This document shows positions 49,709-57,449 of a stretch of DNA of 64,000 nucleotides, one piece after another. The notes beneath the pieces were generated by a model. It did not search any database and was not told the DNA's origin. It saw nothing but the letters and a program-made list of their open reading frames with translations. Numbering within the stretch: the stretch's first letter is position 1; each line of letters begins with the position of its first letter. The position numbers were made by a program, and so were the translations under genes. Source of the stretch: an uncultured Anaerolineales bacterium (GTDB lineage: Bacteria; Chloroflexota; Anaerolineae; Anaerolineales; JABWBV01); NCBI GenBank assembly GCA_964489525.1, contig CAZAYY010000012.1, positions 65,320-129,319 of the forward strand. Reading direction: 5' to 3'.

Positions 49709-49805
49709 GAGAGTAAGCAGTGATAAAAACGTGAAAAGGGTGTGATTTTAAGAACGTGAAAGATTAAGGTTTTTTTTATACCGTTTCACACTTCAGGGAG
49801 GTTGT

Positions 49806-52736
49806 ATGGAGCGGATCGTGATCAACCTGTTGGGTTCGTTTAACGTCCTGGCAGGCGGCCAAAAAATCAACGACGATTTTCGAACCAGCAAAGAGCGTGC
49901 CTTACTGGCTTATCTGGTTGTTGAGCACCAGCAGGTTCACTTACGAGATGCTTTGGCCGAAATGTTCTGGCCAGGCAAGCCGCCCGGAAGCGCCCGTACC
50001 AATTTACGACAGGCTCTGACGGGTATCCGCCAGGTTTTGACGCAGGGGTTGAACAACCTGGACAACCATCTGATTGTGAACAATGAGAGTGTGCAGCTGC
50101 ACCTGGGGGGGCAGATCCAGGTAGATGCACTCACGTTTGCCGGGCAAATTCATCATGCAGGTCATCATACCCACCTGGAGTTAAGCCAATGCCCAAAATG
50201 CCTGGCCGAGTTAGAAGAGGCCGTGGCTGCATACCAGGGAAATTTTCTTGAATCCTTTTTCCTGCCAGACAGCATTACATTTCAAGAATGGATTACCTAT
50301 CAACGCGAGTATTACAACCGCCAGCTTGGCTCTGCCCTCTGGATGTTAATAAGTGCCCACAAAAAGCGTGTGGATTTTGAGCGGGTCGAGCAGTATGCAG
50401 CCCAAATGAACCGCTTTTTCCCCCTGGAAGAATTTGGCTACCGCGAACTGATGGAAGTGTATGCGGCCACAGGAAGAAGGAACGCCGCCCTGGAAAAATT
50501 TTCTGAATGCGCAAACCTGATGCAGCGTGAATTGGGCATTGAACCTTCTGGGGAAACCCAGGCTCTGTACGAAAAAATCAAAAGAAATCCGGACACAAGA
50601 CCCCTGGCGCAAACCAGAGAGCCACCCGCTGCCCGGATTCCCACGGGTGAGTCACCTGTAAAAACGAACCTACAAGCACCCCTGACCAACTTTTTTGGCC
50701 GTCAAAAGGAATTGAACCGGCTTGCCACCTACCTGGAAAGCCCAAACTGCCGGTTGATCACCATTTTAGGGATTTCAGGCGTTGGCAAAACCCGGCTGGC
50801 CCTGGAAGCAGCCCGGAAAAACGGCCATTTGTTTCCTGATGGGGTTTGGATTGTGTTTTCAAACGAACTCCGAAAGTCGCGCTTCCTGGCGGATACCTTG
50901 CTGCAAACCATGGGGGTTTATATTGCAAACCCGAACGATGTCAAAGCTCAGCTGGCCAGGGTGCTGCAAAACCAGCAGGCACTTTTGGTTTTGGATGGGT
51001 TTGAATTGCTTGAAGACCAGATCCAGCTTGTTTTGGATCTGTTGAGCCAGGCACCCAGGTTAAAAATTTTACTCACCTCTCGGGTACACCTGAACACAAA
51101 AGCCGATTACCCGATCATTCTGGGCAGCCTGGATTACCCGCCCCAAACTACTCAATCCAAAACACTCCAAATTAACGATTATCCTGCCCTACAGCTTCTC
51201 CACGACCGGGCATATCCGTTTTTGCTGCCAGAGCAAATTCCCCCTGCTCATATTCAAGAAATGGCAAAAATTTGCCAGGAGGTGGAAGGGCTGCCTTTAG
51301 CCATTGAACTGATTGCCGCCAACCTGGACGAATTCAGCTTTGGCGAAATCCTGGCCATGTTAGCGAACAACCAACTGCAGATCGAAACCCAACAGCTCGA
51401 TTTTCCAGACAAACACCGCAGTCTTGTGGTCGCGCTCAACAGCCTTTGGGAAAGTCTGTGCTCAGAATGCAAACAAAACGCCCCAAAATTGAACGTTTTC
51501 AAAAGCGGGTTCACATCCCAGGCCGCCCAGGCCTTAGGCGTGTCCAACCACACCCTGCAGCACCTGAGCAGTAAGTTCATTTTGCAAAAAGACATTCACC
51601 AGAGGTACCAGTTTCAACCCATGGTTCAGCGGTTAATCGTATCCATGTTCCCGGTCGCAGCCGAACAAGCCGAAAGGCATGCCCGGCATTACCTGGAATA
51701 CCTTCAAAAACACGAAATGGAACTGCTTTTTGGCTACCCAAACAGCCTTACTTACCTGGAAATCAAACAAGATATCGCCAACATTCGCCAGGCCATAGAT
51801 TGGGCCATCCTGAACACGAGGGCCGACCTTTTATCCCCCTCTCTGAACAGTATTTACGCCTACTATGATACCAGCAACCGTTTTCACGAAGGGGAAGGCC
51901 GGTTTGAAAGAATCAGCAAAGCCTTTGAAAGGCTGCCCCTCACTCCTGAAAACCAGCGCAGCCTGGGCATTGCCATGGGCTACCAGGCCTGGTTCAGCGG
52001 GCGCGGTGGTGCGCTGGAAAATGCCCTGGTAATGCTGGCAAGCAGCCTGGCCCTGCTTGAGGAGTTTGGAACCGAGAGCGACAAAACCTTCATCTATGTT
52101 GCCCTCAGCCAGCTGGAGCTGCGATCAGGGCAGTTTGCCTGGGCAAAAGAACATGCTGATCAGGCGAAAGCCCTGGCCATTCACTACTACCAACCACACT
52201 GGCGCTGGCTCAGTGAACTGACCCTGGCGCAAACTGCCCACCTGACCCACGAGAAAGAATCACCGGTCACAATCTACCTGGAGTGCCTTTCCGCATTTAA
52301 GAACTTAGGCTATGGGTTGGGATATATCCGTACCTTGCTGCTGCTTGCCCGGTACAACCTGGCCACAAACCAGGCGGAAATGGCAAAATCGCACCTGATG
52401 CAAGCCTGGGAATACATTAAAAGCCCGCAGGATACCTGGCTTTCAGCCATCCTGGAGTTGGAGTTGGGAAATGTCGAACTGCAGCAGGGGTTCATTGCCC
52501 AAAGCCAGCTTACCTTAGAGAAAAGCTACGCCTATTTTCAAGATGTGGGAGACAAATATCATATCAGCCTGGCTGCCATCAGCCTGGGCAATCTTTGGAC
52601 AAAACAGGGACAACTCGAAAAAGCCGAGATGTACTACCAGGAAGCCCTGGTTGCTGGCAACCAACAACAGCTGGAACCCATTACCCGAGAAGTTGAGCAC
52701 AGGCTGCTGAAATTGAGAGAATCCCCCACCCGATAA
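49806..52736 (+). CDS. SARP/BTAD-family transcriptional regulator fused to NB-ARC (STAND) ATPase and TPR repeats (AfsR-like)
   Basis: N-terminal winged-helix (SKERALLAYLVVE...) plus BTAD (...YRELMEVYAATGRRNAALEKFSECANLMQRELGIEPSGETQALYEKI). P-loop GISGVGKT, Walker B LLVLDGFE, and a TPR-like C-terminal half. Confidence 0.85.
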   Translation: MERIVINLLGSFNVLAGGQKINDDFRTSKERALLAYLVVEHQQVHLRDALAEMFWPGKPPGSARTNLRQALTGIRQVLTQGLNNLDNHLIVNNESVQLHLGGQIQVDALTFAGQIHHAGHHTHLELSQCPKCLAELEEAVAAYQGNFLESFFLPDSITFQEWITYQREYYNRQLGSALWMLISAHKKRVDFERVEQYAAQMNRFFPLEEFGYRELMEVYAATGRRNAALEKFSECANLMQRELGIEPSGETQALYEKIKRNPDTRPLAQTREPPAARIPTGESPVKTNLQAPLTNFFGRQKELNRLATYLESPNCRLITILGISGVGKTRLALEAARKNGHLFPDGVWIVFSNELRKSRFLADTLLQTMGVYIANPNDVKAQLARVLQNQQALLVLDGFELLEDQIQLVLDLLSQAPRLKILLTSRVHLNTKADYPIILGSLDYPPQTTQSKTLQINDYPALQLLHDRAYPFLLPEQIPPAHIQEMAKICQEVEGLPLAIELIAANLDEFSFGEILAMLANNQLQIETQQLDFPDKHRSLVVALNSLWESLCSECKQNAPKLNVFKSGFTSQAAQALGVSNHTLQHLSSKFILQKDIHQRYQFQPMVQRLIVSMFPVAAEQAERHARHYLEYLQKHEMELLFGYPNSLTYLEIKQDIANIRQAIDWAILNTRADLLSPSLNSIYAYYDTSNRFHEGEGRFERISKAFERLPLTPENQRSLGIAMGYQAWFSGRGGALENALVMLASSLALLEEFGTESDKTFIYVALSQLELRSGQFAWAKEHADQAKALAIHYYQPHWRWLSELTLAQTAHLTHEKESPVTIYLECLSAFKNLGYGLGYIRTLLLLARYNLATNQAEMAKSHLMQAWEYIKSPQDTWLSAILELELGNVELQQGFIAQSQLTLEKSYAYFQDVGDKYHISLAAISLGNLWTKQGQLEKAEMYYQEALVAGNQQQLEPITREVEHRLLKLRESPTR

Positions 52737-52776
52737 TCCGCATCACCACAGACAGAACCAACAACCATGATGAATA

Positions 52777-52831
52777 AAAGCATCTGCCCTTTGGTCACTG
52801 CGATATTCGCAGCCTGGCGGGCAGATGCTTT
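52777..52831. terminator. Compound hairpin in the convergent spacer (likely bidirectional terminator)
   Basis: 13-bp outer stem (52777-52789 / 52819-52831, aaagcatctgccc / gggcagatgcttt). It encloses a 6-bp inner hairpin (ctgcga-tat-tcgcag, 52798-52812). The flanking A/T runs are short. Confidence 0.5.
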
Positions 52832-52905
52832 GCATGGATGTTCTGATGGGGTTCGAAGCGGCAAAGATCAGTTTCGTGGTGGTGGATTCTTTACGATAAA
52901 CCTCT

Positions 52906-53130
52906 TCAAGCAGGCTCAACCCTGCGGGATTTAACCTGTTGGGGTTTGCCAGGTTGGAATTCCACTCCAATTTTGTCATAAATATAAACCGCCATGGCCG
53001 GAATCTCCGAAAATTCTACGATCTCCTTGGTGAAAATATCTTGCAAGGAAGCCCGCCATTGGTTTTCATCTCTTACCCACCACAGGCGAAGAATGTAGGA
53101 CTGGTAAAGGTGGTTAATTCCTGCTGTCAT
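52906..53130 (-). CDS. Small conserved hypothetical protein (74 aa), paralog of 49431-49640
   Basis: GGAGGA RBS. Sequence LYQSYILRLWWVRDENQWRASLQDIFTKEIVEFS matches the motif of the first copy. Confidence 0.6.
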   Translation of the reverse strand: MTAGINHLYQSYILRLWWVRDENQWRASLQDIFTKEIVEFSEIPAMAVYIYDKIGVEFQPGKPQQVKSRRVEPA

Positions 53131-53182
53131 TTTGTTTTCCTCCGGGGGTGAATCACCAAGAATGCCAATTGGGAGGGGAATG

Positions 53183-53224
53183 AAAACCCCTTCGGATTTG
53201 ATGGGCTGCCCAAATCCGAAGGGG
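53183..53224 (-). terminator. Stem-loop with short T-tract between the anti-sigma gene and the small paralog
   Basis: 13-bp perfect stem (53187-53199 ccccttcggattt / 53212-53224 aaatccgaagggg). On the minus strand it is followed by TTTT (53183-53186). Confidence 0.5.
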
Positions 53225-53243
53225 TGATTGTTGAAAAGGGGGG

Positions 53244-54383
53244 TTAAGGTTTTGCAGGCGTTTGTTCGGGAATTCCAGCGCCAGGCTCACCAGGAGTCTC
53301 TTCAGGCTGCCCCAGGGCGGGGTCGCCAATTGGTTCCTCGGGTTGACCTTCGCCGGGTTCACCAGGAATTTCTTCCGGAATGCCCTGTCCAGGGGTTTCA
53401 GGTGTGTCTTCGGGCTTACCCAGGCCGGGTTCGCCGGGCACATCCTCTGGTTTGCCCAGGCCAGGTTCACCGGGCACATCCTCTGGTTTGCCCAGGCCAG
53501 GTTCACCGGGCACATCCTCTGGCTTGCCCTGGCCTGGAGTGCCAGGAACTTCTTCAGGCTTGCCAGACGGGGAATCGGGGTTGACATTATTGTTCGGGCC
53601 TTCGCCATTGAAAACAGGTTCGCCTGGATCTTCGTTGGTGCGGTCGCGTGGCTGCTGTTCAAGCATGTTCATGGTGGGGTCCAGGTTGCCGTTGCCAGCC
53701 TGCAGCAGGCGCAGCCGTTCAATAACCATCTGTCGCACCTGGTTTAGCACAGGGCTGGGTGATTCTTTCTGATCCTGCAGCAGCCGCTCTTGCACCTGCA
53801 GGGCTTGCTGCAGCCGGATGGCAGCTTGTGCCTGGCCTTCTGGGCTGAGTTGGGCAGCATATTGGTAAGCCATTTCCAGGGTGTGGGTGGCCTGCTCCCC
53901 GGCGCTCGCTGGAATCTCAAGCCCGGCTTCTTGCAGGGCTAAAATCTCCATGGTGCGCAGTTCAGAGAGGTGCAACATGCGCTGAAAACGGGCATCATCA
54001 TTGAAGGTGAGGGCAAGGGCAATGTCTTCAGTCAGGGTTTTGACAGGGTATAGAGGTTCGCCGGGCAGGCTGTCTTGGGCCGCATAGGCTGTGGCGCCAG
54101 CGCCACCCAGGGCGAGAACAAAGGCTACGAGAATTGAAGTTAAGAGGGGTACCATTTTATGCTCCTTTCGCATAGGGTTCCAAAAAGAAAACAAAGAAAC
54201 CAGGAATGAGCGGCTGGCCGGGCGAAGCGCATGCGGCGCAGGAAGATGTTCCAATTCATCCAGGAAAGCAGCCCGTTTTTGTGCAGCGATTTCCGGGTTT
54301 CGGGCCGGGGTGGTTTTCGCAAGGGGAGCGAAAAGTTCCCGGGCTTCATCGTCAGACATGGGGGGGGTGTTGAAGGGGTTCAT
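53244..54383 (-). CDS. Anti-sigma-factor-like membrane protein with DUF5667-like domain and repetitive Pro/Gly/Glu tail
   Basis: 4-nt overlap with the ECF sigma gene. Single TM helix (VPLLTSILVAFVLALGGAGA). LPGEPLYPVKTLTEDI block typical of DUF5667. C-terminal 9 x 12-aa repeats. Confidence 0.7.
   Translation of the reverse strand: MNPFNTPPMSDDEARELFAPLAKTTPARNPEIAAQKRAAFLDELEHLPAPHALRPASRSFLVSLFSFWNPMRKEHKMVPLLTSILVAFVLALGGAGATAYAAQDSLPGEPLYPVKTLTEDIALALTFNDDARFQRMLHLSELRTMEILALQEAGLEIPASAGEQATHTLEMAYQYAAQLSPEGQAQAAIRLQQALQVQERLLQDQKESPSPVLNQVRQMVIERLRLLQAGNGNLDPTMNMLEQQPRDRTNEDPGEPVFNGEGPNNNVNPDSPSGKPEEVPGTPGQGKPEDVPGEPGLGKPEDVPGEPGLGKPEDVPGEPGLGKPEDTPETPGQGIPEEIPGEPGEGQPEEPIGDPALGQPEETPGEPGAGIPEQTPAKP
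53247..53564 (-). repeat. In-frame tandem repeat, 9 x 36 bp (GKPEDVPGEPGL-type), three central copies near-identical
   Basis: The protein tail reads GKPEEVPGTPGQ, GKPEDVPGEPGL x3, GKPEDTPETPGQ, GIPEEIPGEPGE, GQPEEPIGDPAL, GQPEETPGEPGA, GIPEQTPAKP. Confidence 0.85.
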
Positions 54384-54919
54384 TCTACCTCCTGGGGGTT
54401 CAAGATCCGGCGCAGTGCGCTGAGCCCACGATGCTGCAGGGCTTTGATCGCCCCAACAGGCTTTTCCAGGACTTCAGCAACTTCTGCTTGCGACCAGCCT
54501 TCTAAAAATCGCAGGGTGACTACCTGGCGCTGCTCTGGGGTGAGCATGCGCAGGGCCTGGCGAAGGTTTTCGGCTTGCATCTCTCGGGCGGCTTCCTCCG
54601 CGGTGGATAGCTCGGCAGGGAGATGGGCTGCGTTTTCTAATTGGGTTTCACCAGGATGGTTTCTGCGATAGTAATCGTTGATCCAGTAGTGAGCAATCTG
54701 GTAGAGATAGGCTCTCAGGTATTTTTCTGGCCCACCGCCGCGCTGGATCGCATGTAAAAAACGGCGGAAGGTCTCGGCCACGCAGTCCTCGGCCAGCAAA
54801 GGGTCACCCAAAAGACGGGCAGCGTAGCGATACAGTTCAGGATTGTAGCGGTCGTAAATTTCTGCCAGGGTTTGGCGGTCAAATTTCCGGGCTTTTTCCA
54901 GCAGTTCTTGTTCCAACAT
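54380..54919 (-). CDS. ECF-type RNA polymerase sigma-70 factor
   Basis: Start at MLEQELLEKA (54919) with an AAGGAAGGA RBS. Region 2 (EIYDRYNPELYRYAARLLGD..AEDCVAETF) and region 4 (LTPEQRQVVTLRFLEGWSQAEVAEVL). Confidence 0.85.
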   Translation of the reverse strand: MLEQELLEKARKFDRQTLAEIYDRYNPELYRYAARLLGDPLLAEDCVAETFRRFLHAIQRGGGPEKYLRAYLYQIAHYWINDYYRRNHPGETQLENAAHLPAELSTAEEAAREMQAENLRQALRMLTPEQRQVVTLRFLEGWSQAEVAEVLEKPVGAIKALQHRGLSALRRILNPQEVE

Positions 54920-55116
54920 GCTCGTTCCTTCCTTGCTGGAGGGGATGATGCTTTCTCCGGTATGTATTGTAATAGATGGTCTGGCAAATTGGGTAAACAT
55001 AATCTTTTCGAGTGAACTTTTGCTTTTATAATATATGACGAGCAGGCACCAAAAAAGATATGGTTTCCAAAAAAGTTCCCTCAAAACTGCTCACCCAAGT
55101 TCATAGGAGGATCCCA

Positions 55117-55356
55117 ATGGGCAAGATAACCATCGAGTTTTGCGTGGTTTGAAACTACACCCCAAGAGCCGTCAGTTTGGCGGACGAACTTCTGCGAAAA
55201 TTTGCTGAGAAACTTGAATCCCTTACGCTGGTGCCATCGGATGGGGGCAGGTTTGAAGTGACCCTGGATGACGAGACCCTTTTTTCGAAAAAATCCCTGC
55301 ACCGCCATGCCGAACCGGGCGAAATTGCCGGGTTGGTTGGCAAACTCTTGATGTAA
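55117..55356 (+). CDS. SelW/Rdx-family thioredoxin-fold protein with in-frame TGA (probable selenocysteine, CxxU)
   Basis: AGGAGG RBS 6 nt upstream of ATG 55117. Translation is MGKITIEFCVV[TGA@55150]NYTPRAVSLADELLRKFAEKLESLTLVPSDGGRFEVTLDDETLFSKKSLHRHAEPGEIAGLVGKLLM. The pattern matches the Rdx family, with TGA at the second redox position. Confidence 0.7.
55163..55194 (+). promoter_or_regulatory. Candidate bacterial SECIS hairpin
   Basis: Starts 11 nt after the UGA. Upper stem CCGUCA/UGGCGG (55169-55174 / 55178-55183) with a GUU apical loop. Imperfect lower stem (55163-55168 / 55189-55194) with a 3' bulge. Confidence 0.35.
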
Positions 55357-55412
55357 CCGGGATAAACGGGGGATGGATTGCGCACAGCTGCATGGGTATA
55401 ATCCGCTTACCC

Positions 55413-56885
55413 ATGCAGAAAACTCCATTTCTTTCCTCCCTGCCCAGGCTAAATCGCTTCTCCCGGCTTGCCCAGGTGCTTGGCCTGGCTGTGCTCCTGG
55501 GTTTAGGATCCGTTGGGGTTGGCTGGGCAAGGCAAGGCCACACCGGGCCTCAGCCTGCTTCCACCCATTCCACATCTGCTCTGGAATTTTTTGTCAGCCC
55601 AACGGGAGGGCCTTCTGGCGATGGCTCATTGGAAAACCCATGGGATTTCAAGACTGCCATTGCCCCTCACCCCGCCATCCAGCCCGGCTCCACCATTTGG
55701 ATGCGCGGCGGCGTATACAGCGGCGGCCCGTACACCAGCCGCCTGAACGGAACCCTGGCCCAACCCATTCATGTTCGCCCATACCAGAACGAGCATGTGA
55801 TTCTGGATGCCTCTTTACTCGTGGATACCTCGGCAGAGTTTTTCCAGGTTTACAGCAACCACACCTGGTATTGGGACATTGAAAGCACCATCCTCAGCCC
55901 TCTTCCCAGAATCGGCGGCGACAACCTGGAAGTCTCCGGGATGGGCAACAAGTTGATCAACTGGGTCATCCACGATACGGCAAACAACGCCTTTGGCCGG
56001 TCGGGCAACGAGATTTATGGCAGCATCCTGTACAACAATGGGGTAGACGGCAATTCCGGGCTGCACCAGCTTTATGTCCAAAACCCCGACCCCAATTTTC
56101 CAACCGTCCTCCGGGACAACATCGTCTTCAACGCCTACGAGTTCGGGATTCATGCCTACGCCAGCGGCAGCGGGCAAATTAACGGGGTGCAGGTGGTTGG
56201 CAATGTACTCTTTCAAAATGGGGCCGCCAAAACCGTGCGCAACCTTAAAGACAATATCATCTTCGCCGGAATCAACGGCCTATCCCAAATTATCCTGCAA
56301 GAAAATATGACCTGGGCCACCGGCCCCAATGTGCGCAGCCTGGCCCTGGGGCGCTATTGGAACCTGAACCACGATATTACCCTCACCAACAACTATATTT
56401 ATGGGGACACCTGGTTTGCCAATCCATTCGAATCTGTCACCATGAATGGCAACACTTTTTACAACCCGCCCAGAGGAATCAACACCGTCCTGTATCCAAA
56501 CAACACCTACCTGACCACCGCCCCAACCAGCAATAAAATTTTCATCCGCCCCAACGTGTATGAACCCAAACGGGCACACATTGTGGTCTATAACTGGCAA
56601 AACCTGGATTTCGTTTCGGTGGACCTTTCTGGTGTGCTGTCCCCAGGCGATTGGTACGAAATTCGGAATGCCCAAAATTTTTATGCGCCGCCATTGGTTA
56701 TTAGCAAATATACCGGGGGCACAATCCAACTGCCCATGAGCGGGCTTAGCCCTGCCCAACCTACCGGCCCCGGGCTGATTGAAAACGTGGAAATGACTGG
56801 AAAGGCTTTTAACGTATTCGTGCTGCTGCCCCGCCAACCCATTGAAACCTTTTATGATATCTATCTACCCCTGGTAGCCCGTTGA
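55413..56885 (+). CDS. Secreted right-handed parallel beta-helix (pectate-lyase-fold) repeat protein
   Basis: Start at MQKTPF (55413). Signal peptide. Repeated ...N.I..N... beta-helix rungs (NKLINWVIHDTANNAF, GSILYNNG, LRDNIVFNAY, GNVLFQNG, LKDNIIFAG). C-terminal tail FYDIYLPLVAR. Confidence 0.7.
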   Translation: MQKTPFLSSLPRLNRFSRLAQVLGLAVLLGLGSVGVGWARQGHTGPQPASTHSTSALEFFVSPTGGPSGDGSLENPWDFKTAIAPHPAIQPGSTIWMRGGVYSGGPYTSRLNGTLAQPIHVRPYQNEHVILDASLLVDTSAEFFQVYSNHTWYWDIESTILSPLPRIGGDNLEVSGMGNKLINWVIHDTANNAFGRSGNEIYGSILYNNGVDGNSGLHQLYVQNPDPNFPTVLRDNIVFNAYEFGIHAYASGSGQINGVQVVGNVLFQNGAAKTVRNLKDNIIFAGINGLSQIILQENMTWATGPNVRSLALGRYWNLNHDITLTNNYIYGDTWFANPFESVTMNGNTFYNPPRGINTVLYPNNTYLTTAPTSNKIFIRPNVYEPKRAHIVVYNWQNLDFVSVDLSGVLSPGDWYEIRNAQNFYAPPLVISKYTGGTIQLPMSGLSPAQPTGPGLIENVEMTGKAFNVFVLLPRQPIETFYDIYLPLVAR

Positions 56886-56987
56886 CCCGCCCATCCCGAT
56901 CTTCCGCTGCAAATGGTAATATAATGACAACCAACCGCAGGTCCGAACCATGCCCTTGAATCATCCTGTGGTGTATCTGGAGGAATC

Positions 56988-57449
56988 ATGCGTCTTGTAA
57001 TCCAACGTGTACAGCGAGCCCAGGTTTCTGTATCCGGCGAAGTCATTGCGGCCATTGGGCCGGGGATGTTAATCCTGGTGGGGGTTGGGCATGGCGACGG
57101 GGAAGAACAGGCCCGTTTTCTGGCAGAAAAAGCCGCCACCCTGCGCATTTTTGAGGATGACCAGGGCAAAACCAATCGCGCTCTACTGGATGTGCAAGGG
57201 GAAGCGCTGGTGGTTTCGCAGTTCACCCTGTACGCCGACACTCGCAAAGGCCGCCGGCCTTCGTTTACCGACGCGGCGCTGCCAGAAGCAGCCGCCCCAC
57301 TGGTGGAGCGGTTTGCAGAAATCCTGCAAGGGTTGGGGGTTCCGGCAAAAACCGGTGTTTTTGGAGCGTATATGCAGGTGGAATTGGTCAACGATGGCCC
57401 AATGACCATTTTATTAGAACGTGGGCCAGGGACCGCGCCACAAAACTAA
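56988..57449 (+). CDS. dtd: D-aminoacyl-tRNA deacylase
   Basis: MRLVIQRV...[10 protein letters not shown]...[15 protein letters not shown]...NDGPMT motifs in ~150 aa. Confidence 0.9.
   Translation: MRLVIQRVQRAQVSVSGEVIAAIGPGMLILVGVGHGDGEEQARFLAEKAATLRIFEDDQGKTNRALLDVQGEALVVSQFTLYADTRKGRRPSFTDAALPEAAAPLVERFAEILQGLGVPAKTGVFGAYMQVELVNDGPMTILLERGPGTAPQN

Noticed and set aside
52840-52860. GGTTCGAAG, a T-loop-like sequence suggesting a tRNA
   Set aside because: The flanking bases do not form a T-stem, and no acceptor or anticodon arms can be drawn. No tRNA is supported anywhere in the window by eye.
52743-52979. 78-aa minus ORF and a 55-aa plus ORF (52767-52934) in the convergent spacer
   Set aside because: Both overlap the compound terminator hairpin and, for the minus ORF, the end of the small paralog gene in another frame. 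Neither has an RBS or a recognisable motif.
53247-53564. Regular 36-bp repeats considered as a possible CRISPR-like or non-coding array
   Set aside because: The repeats are contiguous with no spacers. They are in frame and encode the Pro/Gly/Glu dodecapeptide tail of the anti-sigma-like protein.
54920-55116. ECF-type autoregulatory promoter (GGAAC-N16/17-CGT) upstream of the sigma gene
   Set aside because: GGAAC and GGAAAC are present on the minus strand, but the nearest CGTC is about 22 nt away. That spacing does not fit, so no call was made.
55081-55575. 164-, 106- and 76-aa minus-strand ORFs
   Set aside because: They overlap the RBS-preceded plus-strand Rdx/SelW-like frame and the signal-peptide region of the beta-helix gene. 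Their products are Arg/Pro/Gly-rich with no family features. The plus-strand selenoprotein reading explains the region better.
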